The translations under genes and the position numbers were made by a program. A stretch of 64,000 nt of DNA from Candidatus Omnitrophota bacterium (GTDB lineage: Bacteria > Omnitrophota > Gorgyraeia > Zapsychrales > Zapsychraceae): contig JAIORP010000168.1 of assembly GCA_021108075.1 (NCBI GenBank), forward strand, positions 2,649 through 66,648. Direction: 5' to 3'. Below the pieces are notes generated by a model. The model saw only the letters and a program-made list of their open reading frames with translations. It did not search any database and was not told the DNA's origin. Shown in pieces: positions 41,401 through 50,181 of the stretch; the stretch's first letter is position 1; each line of letters starts with the position of its first letter.

Positions 41401-42622
41401 GTTTATTGATATCCTTCGGAAGGAAATAAGCAAACCAATCTTTACCTAACGCGTACTTCTCGCTGCATTCTAACAATTCGCAACCTTTCTTATTAATCAA
41501 TTGAATACATCCCTTGCGGTCCAAAACCAGTAAGATCACGCCGGCGATATCGAGGTAATTCTGGATGCGGTCTCTTTGCCGCCTGATATTGATTTCTTTT
41601 TGAATCAGGTTCTTATTGACATCTCTCAACTTTTGTTCATTTGCTTTCAGCTGTTCATTCAACGTTAATAAACGATGTTCCACTTTTTTCATGCGCGTGA
41701 TATCATCGAGCACGCATATTGTCCGCAGAAACTCACCCTGTTTATTTTTTAAAGCTGATGAATTTTTCACGACATCAATAAACGAGCCATCTTTACGCAC
41801 GAATTGGCAATGGTCCCTAAAAGAACGACCTTTTGAGATGACCGTCTTTAAATTTCCTGCCGCGAGCGCGCGATAATCCGGATGAATAAACTGGGATATG
41901 GGTTTGCCGATGACTTCTTTCCTGGTGTAACCTAATACCGCCTTGATCCTTTTATTGCAGTCAATGATGACGCCCTTGTGGTCGGCGGAAAGGATCAAAT
42001 TTGCGGCTGTATCAAAAATGGACCGGTATTTTTTCTCATTTTTTAAGGCCTCTTCCTTAGCCTTTTCTTCAGCCTGCATTTGTTGTCTCAATTTTAATGC
42101 TTGAGCGCGTAATTGTTGATTAGCAGTATGCAATTGAATTTCACTGACCTGCAATTGCTGGTTCATCGCTTTGAGGGTCATGCCCGGGTTCGTCCCTCGT
42201 GCGCTATCGACCAAATACTCAATGACATAGACCAATTGACCTTCCTGGTCAAAGACAGGAATCCCGAAGATATCAACTTGCTGCGTTTTTCCAGCGGTCA
42301 ATTTCTTTAAATGTTTTAAAACAACGCTGCGCTGCGATTTCTTGACTTCTTTTAAGGCGCAGGGCCAGTTGGAGGGACATTTTTTTTGACGATTGTGTAA
42401 AACGCGATAGCAAAAATTTTCTCCTTTTGCCATATCAATCTTTGCGACAGGGTTCGCGTAGAAAACTTTATATGTTTGAATATCGATAACAACAACGGGA
42501 AAGGGAAGAGCTTCAAGTCTTGCCCTGGTCGATTGATTCAGAACAGGTTGTTTCGCCTGACTCAAAACCAGGGGTGCAGCTTTCTTTTTCTTATTCATCA
42601 TCCTCTCCCCGTCAGAATTCAC
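38465..42622 (-). CDS. Multi-PAS/PAC sensor histidine kinase of the HisKA_3 (NarX/DegS-like) type
   Basis: 1385 aa. It has about 7-8 PAS/PAC repeats and coiled coils. The H-box is ELHDELGQALTALRMDL (HisKA_3) and a C-terminal HATPase_c follows (IQDNGIGI). No receiver domain is present. Confidence 0.85.
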   Translation of the reverse strand: MNSDGERMMNKKKKAAPLVLSQAKQPVLNQSTRARLEALPFPVVVIDIQTYKVFYANPVAKIDMAKGENFCYRVLHNRQKKCPSNWPCALKEVKKSQRSVVLKHLKKLTAGKTQQVDIFGIPVFDQEGQLVYVIEYLVDSARGTNPGMTLKAMNQQLQVSEIQLHTANQQLRAQALKLRQQMQAEEKAKEEALKNEKKYRSIFDTAANLILSADHKGVIIDCNKRIKAVLGYTRKEVIGKPISQFIHPDYRALAAGNLKTVISKGRSFRDHCQFVRKDGSFIDVVKNSSALKNKQGEFLRTICVLDDITRMKKVEHRLLTLNEQLKANEQKLRDVNKNLIQKEINIRRQRDRIQNYLDIAGVILLVLDRKGCIQLINKKGCELLECSEKYALGKDWFAYFLPKDINKQVKKYFRSIMCGELDPVEYYENEILTRKGKRRIISWHNTIVRNNQGRIVTTLSSGEDITQCKQVEWAARKHERFLDEIIEKTPSPMWISDGKGTIVRVNRALLQLLGPGGTDIVGKYNVLKDAQAKKQGLMPLVRSVFTAKKTINFILHYRLNQVKQIKFKDDGLIVFDIVIAPILDKDENVINAICIHNDITKLILVEEDLKAANRQLKARGRELITTNRQLRSNATRLHLEMSARQKVFNQLQESELRFRTIFEQAGVGVAQIISRTGRFVRINQRYGEIIGYSTSEMLKKTFQDIVHPDDLKADLDSMKLLVGGKIREFTMEKRFCRKDGSVVWVSLSVSPMWSIGEAPDCHITVIADITERKVAQQELLETKEQLSNITENLPGVIFQYWHPKNDAKGAFKYITSGTQKIIGLTADQILSDDDLIRATIVEEDILSLKTTLLKMAKKNMKWDFSWRVKSTEGEIRWVRALASVQQLPDKSYLWDGLLLDVTDRKRVETALVESETKFRSYIENAPDGILVTNKKGQYIEANAAITNITGYSRQQLLKMSMPDLFPDDWKKQAMAHFNSVRTKGLSKGELMHLRKDGSRGYLNIDTVKISEDRYLGFLKDISVRRTAEEASRDSELRFRMFFDQSFFQFFVITDLDGNTLEVNQLVYDVYGCFPTKIIGKPLWEAWFWEKTQEEISTIKKSIQAATKGQRSEHDCVSFDKNGKKVFAARVFQPVKGYSGEIAYISVQGMDITARKKAEWELELKNSELSDVNEKLKHLSDHLYKEREEERKGIARELHDELGQALTALRMDLAWLKTHVNDQSRSLDKIESMFKLIDDTIHWVQKISSEIRPGILDDLGLIAAVEWQAQEFEKRSGLTCLVRSEGEHLVEPKVATVLFRIFQEALTNVLRHARATRITISIISTEDFIQFTIQDNGIGITEKQISDKKSLGVIGMKERLQSLNGSISFKGRQNKGTKIDITIPYF

Positions 42623-42951
42623 ATATATTGAATTTTCACACTATCTCTATCAATCACGCGACCGGCGCCAACGGTGCAATGATATGCGACAACCCGGGGA
42701 TCCTTCAGCCGCCCTGTTCATCGGAAGATACCTGGCGAGATAAAATGAGCCAAACCAGCGGGCTTCCTTTTCGCCGTCATAAAACAGCTAAGGCCAACAG
42801 CGGGACATCTTGCTTTAGCACAGAAAAAAATACCCTTCAAGGTCAACTGTATTATAGGACGGATTGAAAACTGAACAAATAAGTTTTTTCCCATTGGGAC
42901 ATCCACCCCGGGGCCTGGGGGTGGCGTTTGCTTTAACAGTTGCTGGACCCA

Positions 42952-44691
42952 TCACGGGTTAACAGTAAATTTATCAAAAATTTTTTGAAGTTGTGGAGAA
43001 GGCATGACGCAATTTTCTTTTTCCTCTATTTGATGGATCGAAGCCGGTTCATTTATGTAGACCTCAACCCATACACCATCTTTTTGAAAAACATCGACGC
43101 GTTTAAAATGATGATAAAACAGGTCCCTGACTGTCTTCGTCTCCTGGTCAAGCAACCCATCCTTGATCCACATGGAATAGACGAGCCATAACCGGTTAAA
43201 AGACAGGTCTTCAATATTGAACTCACTTAAAAGCCGATCATTCTTAAAAGGCGTGAATTTATAAAACTGTAATGGATCGCTTTCATCCACAATATCATAT
43301 TCGTTTTCCATGCCCAGGAAAAAAATTTCAAAGGCCGAAATCCCATACGGAAAAAACACCTTGTAAAAAGATTCTGGCAGTTTGTCCCGGTATTTGGCAT
43401 AATGCCGATAGACTTGCTGACGGGTTAAAACATAAGAATGAAAATTTGCGGCAACAACGATATCGCCCTCCTTCATATTCAACGGCAGGGGATCTAATAT
43501 CTCAGAGGCCTGTCTTTTCGGGGGTGTTCCCATAAAAACAGCCTGCAAGTATCCACGCGGATACGCGTAACCCTTATAATAGTTTGTCAAAGCCGGCAGC
43601 TGAAAAGCGCAGAAAATAATGACGCAGATGACTTTATAATGTTTTTTCTTTAACGCGTCGATACCGCACGCCATCAATAAATAATAGAACGGCGAGAAAA
43701 TGATCAATTGCCGATGGACAAAAACAGGTAAAATCCATCTCGAAAGATAAAACATGATGATCACCGGACAAAACAAAAAAGCACTCAATGAAACCGACTG
43801 GACCTTATCCACCTTAAATAAAGCGAAAATGCCATAACAGGCTATGGAAAAAAAGAACAAAAAACTTAATAAAAAATGAAAATAATTCGACCCCGAATAA
43901 CCGACACCGAAAATCATCCAGGCAAAAAGAAAGACTTCATATCTGGGTGAAATCAGCCAAAAATTCTTTCTGACCATGTCCATGTGCTCAGAAAACAATG
44001 CTTTAAGGGCAAAAATAACGATTAAAATAATTACAATCGACAGAATCCACTTGAATAATTTTGAACGGTGTTTTTGCGTTAATAAAGGTATGAAAGAAAA
44101 CAGCAGCAAAAAAACAGCAAAATAATTCGACAGCACAGCCATGAAACCCATGACCGTGAACATCACCCAATGCCCCCGTCGATCCGTTTGAAAAACCTTC
44201 AGATAAAAATAAACCCACACCAAACAGACAAAAACCGCCATAGCGTACCCGCGCGCTTCCTGCGCGTACCAGAGATGGAATGGATTAACCGCCATGATAA
44301 GAAGGGTGTAGAACCCCACACGGGGATTCACAAAGTGATGGGCGATATACCACAAAACAATCAGGGCCATCATACTGAAAAAGACAGACATCAGCCGCAG
44401 CGACATACCATCGCCGATCAGCACACTGTAGAGATAGACAAGAATATTATAAATCGGGGAATGCGGGTCGCGCATCAACATATCCGTGAAGACTTCAATC
44501 GCAGGGGTGTCCGTCAATTCAGCAGTGATTTGAATGCTCTTCGCGCCATACAGATCATTACCGATCTCATCATGCCACAAATCAAAAAAATCATAATGGT
44601 ACAGACGAAGCCCTAAAGCAAGAATAAATAAGAATAGACAGAGAATTTTACGGATAGGTAATTTATTGGATAAAACTATGAAATCAAACAT
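42952..44691 (-). CDS. GT-C fold membrane glycosyltransferase (GT39/GT83, PMT/ArnT-like)
   Basis: 579 aa with about 12 TM helices. The acidic first-loop motif FFDLWHDEIGNDLYGAK matches the DE motif of PMT/ArnT. It has a C-terminal soluble domain. Confidence 0.5.
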   Translation of the reverse strand: MFDFIVLSNKLPIRKILCLFLFILALGLRLYHYDFFDLWHDEIGNDLYGAKSIQITAELTDTPAIEVFTDMLMRDPHSPIYNILVYLYSVLIGDGMSLRLMSVFFSMMALIVLWYIAHHFVNPRVGFYTLLIMAVNPFHLWYAQEARGYAMAVFVCLVWVYFYLKVFQTDRRGHWVMFTVMGFMAVLSNYFAVFLLLFSFIPLLTQKHRSKLFKWILSIVIILIVIFALKALFSEHMDMVRKNFWLISPRYEVFLFAWMIFGVGYSGSNYFHFLLSFLFFFSIACYGIFALFKVDKVQSVSLSAFLFCPVIIMFYLSRWILPVFVHRQLIIFSPFYYLLMACGIDALKKKHYKVICVIIFCAFQLPALTNYYKGYAYPRGYLQAVFMGTPPKRQASEILDPLPLNMKEGDIVVAANFHSYVLTRQQVYRHYAKYRDKLPESFYKVFFPYGISAFEIFFLGMENEYDIVDESDPLQFYKFTPFKNDRLLSEFNIEDLSFNRLWLVYSMWIKDGLLDQETKTVRDLFYHHFKRVDVFQKDGVWVEVYINEPASIHQIEEKENCVMPSPQLQKIFDKFTVNP

Positions 44692-44786
44692 TAAAAAGTC
44701 TTAATCTATATAAGGTAGAAATCTATTTCACCATTAATAACATCAACAATGCAAAATTGAAGCCACCATTGAATGTCCGACGTCCA

Positions 44787-45038
44787 TTAACCGTTACGGG
44801 CACACAAGGCAACATATCTTGCAGGTAAATAGGGCCTGGTTGATCCTGTCTGGGCTTGATTAATCCACACAAAACCACCACCCCCGCAACCACATACACC
44901 TGACTGGCAATTGCGCAAACGAAATGTCGCGCATTGGGCTTCCGCGTAACGCGTTCCGACACGCAATCCGATAACGGAAATAAGCACAAAAGCACACAAA
45001 AAAATTAATAATTTTATCGTTGTCTTAATTCTTTCCAT
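44787..45038 (-). CDS. Small secreted Cys-rich peptide, paralog 3 (83 aa from the ATG)
   Basis: Signal peptide then AEA-QC. The mature peptide of about 48 aa has 5 Cys, a CGC motif and a C-terminal TRPYLPARYVALC. It has a strong Shine-Dalgarno (GGGAGG). It is in tandem with two paralogs. Confidence 0.6.
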   Translation of the reverse strand: MERIKTTIKLLIFLCAFVLISVIGLRVGTRYAEAQCATFRLRNCQSGVCGCGGGGFVWINQAQTGSTRPYLPARYVALCARNG

Positions 45039-45071
45039 CAAACATCCTCCCTTTAAAAAAACATCAAAAAC

Positions 45072-45320
45072 TTAGCTCCCCAGGCAAAGGGTCATATATC
45101 TTGCCGGAACATAAGGGCGACCAGAACCGCATTGTGTCGTTGAAACAGGATTGTAACCAGCAGGACAACCGCATCCACTACTATTGCAGGTTACAACCGT
45201 ATAGCGGACACACGCTTGGGCTTCCGCGCGCGGCACATACAATTTGACACCCACTATGATAGACACCGTTAAAACACTTAAAAAAATTGTTATTAAAAAA
45301 ATATAACTTATTTTCTTCAT
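45072..45320 (-). CDS. Small secreted Cys-rich peptide, paralog 2 (82 aa)
   Basis: Signal peptide then AEAQA-C. The mature peptide has 6 Cys, CGCPAGY and a C-terminal GRPYVPARYMTLC. It has a Shine-Dalgarno GGGAGG. Confidence 0.6.
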   Translation of the reverse strand: MKKISYIFLITIFLSVLTVSIIVGVKLYVPRAEAQACVRYTVVTCNSSGCGCPAGYNPVSTTQCGSGRPYVPARYMTLCLGS

Positions 45321-45429
45321 ACTCTGTCCTCCCTAAAGGATACAAACAGATTATCTGAATTTCAAAAAATACGCAAATTCAAAAGACCGCTTCATAAAAC
45401 CTGTCACATTCGTGATCTTAAGCAAGCAC

Positions 45430-45678
45430 CTATTGCGCGCAAATAGCCGTATACCAATAAGTCGCGTAACTAGGTGAATAAGGGTTTCCCGCCGGTTGAT
45501 TGCGCACCCAACCTGCCGGGCACGGATCCCCCCACTGGCCCGCGGTAGTAGATGAATAAATACGCCAACTGACACATTGCGCTTGTGCTGTTGGTGGTTC
45601 AACACGCAGATTGGAAATACAGAATACGGTCAAAGTGATCAGTATACAAATAATGACTTGAAGTATTCTTTTAAACAT
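45430..45678 (-). CDS. Small secreted Cys-rich peptide, paralog 1 (82 aa)
   Basis: Signal peptide then AQA-QC. The mature peptide has 3 Cys, CPAGW, NPYSPSYATYWYTAIC, and is Ser/Thr/Tyr/Trp-rich. It has a Shine-Dalgarno AGGAGG. An AT-rich putative promoter region lies upstream. Confidence 0.6.
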   Translation of the reverse strand: MFKRILQVIICILITLTVFCISNLRVEPPTAQAQCVSWRIYSSTTAGQWGDPCPAGWVRNQPAGNPYSPSYATYWYTAICAQ

Positions 45679-45873
45679 GCATCTGCCTCCTTTTATGACA
45701 TATACAAAGATAAGTGCCGATGTTATTGATAATATTTTTATATTAAATCTTCATTAATAAGAATAATAGATGCTTTTAAAATAATACCATAAAATAAATA
45801 AAATGCAAAGCCTTTCGTCTTTTTCCTACCCGGCAACGAGACAAAAAAAATTACCTTCCCTATCAGATCAATG

Positions 45874-45978
45874 ATACCAATCCCATTAAATAATGACCAA
45901 AACCGATTCTGCTTTTCTCGACGCTTTAGCGAGAATGTCAGGATTGAAATAAAAACAATTCATTAATGGATTTAGTAT
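45874..45978 (+). repeat. MITE-like element, long form, copy F (about 100 bp of element plus TA flanks)
   Basis: ATACCAATCCCATTAAATAATGACCAAAACCGATTCTGCTTTTCTCGACGCTTTAGCGAGAATGTCAGGATTGAAATAAAAACAATTCATTAATGGATTTAGTAT. The long form equals the short form plus an approximately 22-bp nested hairpin (TTCTCG...CGAGAA) in the central loop. Confidence 0.8.
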
Positions 45979-46125
45979 GGCGATAAAGTAATATCTATCA
46001 AAAATTTTAAAATTATTATTGAACCGGACGGCGAAAAGCTCCCTATCGGTTCGTGTCATCGGTCATCGCGTTCTTTTTATTTCATCCCGGTCCAATAGAA
46101 GTAAAAACCTCAGGGTCTATACCGC

Positions 46126-47331
46126 TCAACGAGACTGGATCGCTTGAAAAACATCATCCGGTCTTATTTGTTGAATACAAATATTATTCTTGCAGGTGGA
46201 AACGCGGTGGTTAAAAACAGACAAACAGGGTGAACAGGGCCATTGGGAATAAAAAATGTGAATATGCTCCCCTAATGGCGCGAAAATCCCGGGACTCTCC
46301 GGTCCGAACAAAACATATTGTTTGATCGACGTCATCGAGGCTAAATGCGCCAGGCCGCAATCATTGGCAATCAAGGCATCCGCGATATCAAACAGGGCAA
46401 ACAACTCGAATATTTGTGTCTGCCCGGTTAAGTCCAGACAAACGTCCTTTCCCAAAGCCTGACAAAATTGCCGGGCTTTCGTTTTGCAATTTTCTGTGCC
46501 GATCAGGAGAACAAAGCAATCCTTTTGAGCAACGATCTTTTTGCCTAATGTGACAAAAGACTCGAACGGCCACTCCCTTAAAGCAAGCACCCCATCACCT
46601 AAATTCATCAGCATCATTCTTGATGCCGCAGGCACGCCCATGCGGATCAATTTTTCCCGCATCGCATCAATGGCTGGCTGTTGGACTTGATATTGAGGAC
46701 GGTCTTGATCATCCATACACTGTCTTTCAATTAAGTCCGGAGTCACCTTGGCCACTGACGCGACCACCTGGCTAAAAGCCAAAAACATCTCACTGATATG
46801 TTTTTGGGGGTTATAAATAACTTTATGCGTCACTAAATCGCCGCGGTACAAACCTTCGAAGCTAAACCGGTCAAACCCAATCCTTTTTGGCGCGGAACTC
46901 AAATAAGACAGAATAGCGGTAAAACGGGAAAAAAATTCTAAATCTAAGACGACATCCACTTTTTCCTTTCTCATGCCGGCAATGACCGCAAACACATCAT
47001 GAACGAACTGTGAGAATGTCGTATCGCGAATCGTGTATATCTTTTTTAATGGGATGATATCCAGGACATCAAATATTTGACGGTTGCATTCAAATGTCAC
47101 GAAAAAAAACTGAGCCTGCGGATAAGCCGCCTGCATCCGCCTGATAAGGGGATAAGACAAAACAATCCCTCCCATTTCCGATGGCTTTAAAAAAAGGATC
47201 TTTCGCGGATTCGGTGCGGTATCCTTTTTTGACCTAAAAAGACCCGTAAGCTTATTAAAAACTGTCAGGAAGAAACACAGCGGAATGCCAACCCAAAAAT
47301 CTATAAATCGCATAAAATTTAATGTCATCAT
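46126..47331 (-). CDS. Glycosyltransferase family 9 (heptosyltransferase-like)
   Basis: 401 aa. The C-terminal motif NDCGLAHLASMTSIKQYVLFGPESP resembles the GT9 consensus (NDSGPMHLAAA...LFGPT). Confidence 0.65.
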   Translation of the reverse strand: MMTLNFMRFIDFWVGIPLCFFLTVFNKLTGLFRSKKDTAPNPRKILFLKPSEMGGIVLSYPLIRRMQAAYPQAQFFFVTFECNRQIFDVLDIIPLKKIYTIRDTTFSQFVHDVFAVIAGMRKEKVDVVLDLEFFSRFTAILSYLSSAPKRIGFDRFSFEGLYRGDLVTHKVIYNPQKHISEMFLAFSQVVASVAKVTPDLIERQCMDDQDRPQYQVQQPAIDAMREKLIRMGVPAASRMMLMNLGDGVLALREWPFESFVTLGKKIVAQKDCFVLLIGTENCKTKARQFCQALGKDVCLDLTGQTQIFELFALFDIADALIANDCGLAHLASMTSIKQYVLFGPESPGIFAPLGEHIHIFYSQWPCSPCLSVFNHRVSTCKNNICIQQIRPDDVFQAIQSR

Positions 47332-47477
47332 ACTTAAAAATCCAGAGGTCGCTGTTTTAAAGGTTTACAACACCCGTATACTATCGCGATAAATATTGGT
47401 TTATATAATTTTTTAGAATTATTATTAATCCTGAGGTATAAAAGTCAAGTTGTAAATTCACGAACAAAAATCCAGAC

Positions 47478-49151
47478 CTAATGATTTGGGCCTTCCTTTT
47501 TCTTGTACACATAAAATAATGTCATCATCTGACGGTCGGTCGACAGATTAAAAAAATCTTTCTTTTCGACTAAATCATAATGAGCGCGCACGGCCTGGAC
47601 GATTTCCTCCGTCCAACTTTGATAATGAATACCGATATCCGAAAGAACAATGAGATCAAAACGTTGAGAAACAATATCATTAATCAAAAGAGACTGGTCC
47701 CAATGCCCCCGGTCAGACAATTCCGTCATGGCAAAGGGGCTATAAAGCGAAAGTTTTCCATTGATAGCCGCGTATCCGGCATATTCCAGAAGAACTTCTC
47801 CCGGAGCGTCATGGACCAATTGGTTTAATTGTTGAGCGATTTTTTTATTATATTCATCTGGAACTGTGCGGTCGACTTTAATAAACAACATCCCCAACTG
47901 CAAAAGCAGACAAAGACTGATGGCGATTTTAATTAAACCGTTTTTTATACCAAATCCATTAATAAATTGTTCTATCTTAATTCTGATATTCTCGCTAAAT
48001 CGTCGAGAAAAGCAGAATTGGTTTTGGTCATTATTTAATGGAATTGGTATTAACGTCTCATTATCCAGCGCTAAGGTCTGTGAGAGGGCACAACCCGTCA
48101 GGATACAGATCGCCGCCCAAATCTCAAGGAAATAATTCAGGGAAGACCCATCTTTACCGGCTGTCACCGTAATGGCACAGGCAAAAATAAAAAAAAAGTG
48201 CTCGAGGCGCCATGACCTTTTGAGGCCATGATAAAAAATCAGCCCCAGAGACAATAAAAAAACAAATCCGTGAGACGCGATAAACCGGCCCATCCAATCG
48301 AAATATCTGTCCCACTGAAAAGCGCCGAGCGTATAACGCGTAATGTGATAAACAAATTGCCCTTTTGTCATAATCAACATCCCGATCACAAGCGAGACGC
48401 CAAGGCCTGTCAGGACAGACAATAAAATCATTATTTTTTTTAAATTCTCGTCATTCCAGGAGACATTGAATCGGATCCCATTCGGCTGACGGCAAGCGAG
48501 CAGCGCCAGACAACTGAATGGGGCCGCGATGGAACTTTGACGCGAAAACAATGCGGCGATAAACAAACCCGCGGCCAGACAAATCTTCTTCATATTATTT
48601 TGAGTATCGCCTTCTATAAATAAAACGAGTCCCCAGACCGAAAACATCACCGCCAGCATATCAACCCGGACCAGAACAGACCAAATATGGACCCACCCTG
48701 AAGAAACGAACAAAAAAGCAGAGAATAACGCCGCCATGTTGTTTTTGGAGCGCGCGTAGACAAACCGCCCGATCGCGTAGGCGCTCAATACCGCGGCGAT
48801 AATGGAAATCAGACGCCCCAAAATTAATTGGGGTCCGAATAAACGGATCAGCAGGGACAACAAAAAAGCATACAAAGCGGGATAATTCATCACAAAGAAA
48901 GGTTCCTGATTTAAGGGAGTAAAGACCGGAACACCTTGAGACATCGCGTACGCCGACTGAAAAACCAATCCCTCCCCGCCATTAACATCATAAGGGAACG
49001 TGGCGATCTGATAGGCATACAGGAGATAGGCCGCACATTGAACAAGCAGAAACAGCACCGCCAGGCAAATAAAAATATGAAAAGGTTTGTTCGGATTGAA
49101 ACAATTTTTGAAAATAAAAAAATATTCTTTCATGCAACTCCGACTCATCAA
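47478..49151 (-). CDS. GT-C-like polytopic membrane protein carrying an in-frame MITE insertion (34 extra codons)
   Basis: 557 aa with about 10-11 TM helices and a C-terminal soluble domain. Residues IPIPLNNDQNQFCFSRRFSENIRIKIEQFINGFG are the translation of MITE copy G (47947-48050). Confidence 0.5.
   Translation of the reverse strand: MMSRSCMKEYFFIFKNCFNPNKPFHIFICLAVLFLLVQCAAYLLYAYQIATFPYDVNGGEGLVFQSAYAMSQGVPVFTPLNQEPFFVMNYPALYAFLLSLLIRLFGPQLILGRLISIIAAVLSAYAIGRFVYARSKNNMAALFSAFLFVSSGWVHIWSVLVRVDMLAVMFSVWGLVLFIEGDTQNNMKKICLAAGLFIAALFSRQSSIAAPFSCLALLACRQPNGIRFNVSWNDENLKKIMILLSVLTGLGVSLVIGMLIMTKGQFVYHITRYTLGAFQWDRYFDWMGRFIASHGFVFLLSLGLIFYHGLKRSWRLEHFFFIFACAITVTAGKDGSSLNYFLEIWAAICILTGCALSQTLALDNETLIPIPLNNDQNQFCFSRRFSENIRIKIEQFINGFGIKNGLIKIAISLCLLLQLGMLFIKVDRTVPDEYNKKIAQQLNQLVHDAPGEVLLEYAGYAAINGKLSLYSPFAMTELSDRGHWDQSLLINDIVSQRFDLIVLSDIGIHYQSWTEEIVQAVRAHYDLVEKKDFFNLSTDRQMMTLFYVYKKKEGPNH
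47947..48050 (-). repeat. MITE-like element, long form, copy G, located inside the 47478..49151 ORF
   Basis: ATACCAAATCCATTAATAAATTGTTCTATCTTAATTCTGATATTCTCGCTAAATCGTCGAGAAAAGCAGAATTGGTTTTGGTCATTATTTAATGGAATTGGTAT. A 100-bp element plus 2 bp of TA equals 102 bp, which is 34 codons. Confidence 0.8.
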
Positions 49152-49181
49152 ATAACATCTATTAATAATTGAAAAATTTCA

Positions 49182-49997
49182 TCATGTCGTTTTAGAAAGA
49201 CACTGTTTCTTAAGGTATTGCATTCCGTCATTAACCTTTTCACTGTAAAACCGCATCATTTCTTGTTCATATTCATCATAAGAATGATCATACAAATAAT
49301 ACGCCTTAACAAAAATGTTAAAAAGGATCAGTTGAAAACAACGGCCCTGCATCTGGTGGTCCATCCTTGATCCTTTAACATCTTTGGACGGCATCAGTCC
49401 CAATTCGTAAAGCCTGGAACCCGCCGTGTTACTGTTGCTGTCCTCTTCACCGGTATCTGTAGCCGGGATCATTTTATCAAGACGCAGGCGCTCAACAAAC
49501 CCCGTCTCCTTATATCCGTCGAAGTCGAAAACAGGATTAGAATACATCACCCCAAACTCGGCGTAAAGGTCTTTGATCATCTCAACACCCCGTTTCATTT
49601 GCGCGGGAAAAATATTCATCCCCTGGTTCGCCCCATCGCAAACATGCGCCACCTGATTGTCCAGGCAGTACAGGATCGTCTGCATATGCATGGCTAACTT
49701 GCATAAACCACAATTTGACAGAAGAAAAAATCCGAATTTACGCCAATAATAGAAATAGCGCGAGTAAAACACAAACCTGGTGATGGCATCGACGTCGATG
49801 ATCGCATGGCTGAACTTTTCCTGTCCATATTTTTCCTGCAGTTTATGAACATTGAATGTTGAGTTCTTCACGCGAAAGAAGCCAAACCGCCTGTAAGTGA
49901 CCAGATGGACCCTGGAGAATTGCTGAGAAACTAAAGCCGCCGCAAGAGTGGAATCCGTTCCACCGGAGAACAAAACGACAATTTCATTTTTATTCAA
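49182..49997 (-). CDS. PP-loop ATP pyrophosphatase (QueC-like, N-type ATP PPase superfamily)
   Basis: 271 aa. It has the SGGxDS motif (VVLFSGGTDSTLAA) and a Cys cluster NCGLCKL. Confidence 0.55.
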   Translation of the reverse strand: MNKNEIVVLFSGGTDSTLAAALVSQQFSRVHLVTYRRFGFFRVKNSTFNVHKLQEKYGQEKFSHAIIDVDAITRFVFYSRYFYYWRKFGFFLLSNCGLCKLAMHMQTILYCLDNQVAHVCDGANQGMNIFPAQMKRGVEMIKDLYAEFGVMYSNPVFDFDGYKETGFVERLRLDKMIPATDTGEEDSNSNTAGSRLYELGLMPSKDVKGSRMDHQMQGRCFQLILFNIFVKAYYLYDHSYDEYEQEMMRFYSEKVNDGMQYLKKQCLSKTT

Positions 49998-50178
49998 CCG
50001 GCTTCTCCTTTTTAACAGCTTTCCTTAACTGCCCGACGATAAACTTCAACAGCGAAAAATACATAAAATAAAGTCCTTGAACGATCCAACCGATGAATTC
50101 CGTGTAAAGGCACCGAAGTTTATACGGCAATACCATGGCTACGCTGCAAATAATACATGCGAAAAATTTTTTTAACAT
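49990..50178 (-). CDS. Small hydrophobic protein, translationally coupled between the rSAM and PP-loop genes
   Basis: 62 aa with two predicted TM segments. It overlaps the downstream gene by 8 bp and starts 4 bp after the upstream stop. Confidence 0.3.
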   Translation of the reverse strand: MLKKFFACIICSVAMVLPYKLRCLYTEFIGWIVQGLYFMYFSLLKFIVGQLRKAVKKEKPVE

Positions 50179-50181
50179 TCC

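Noticed and set aside
42904-42923. GC-rich hairpin CCACCCC-GGGGCCTG-GGGGTGG, 30 bp downstream of the 42952..44691 gene
   Set aside because: There is no U-tract after it on the minus-strand transcript. It may still be a structural element or a rho-dependent pause, but I would not call it a terminator.
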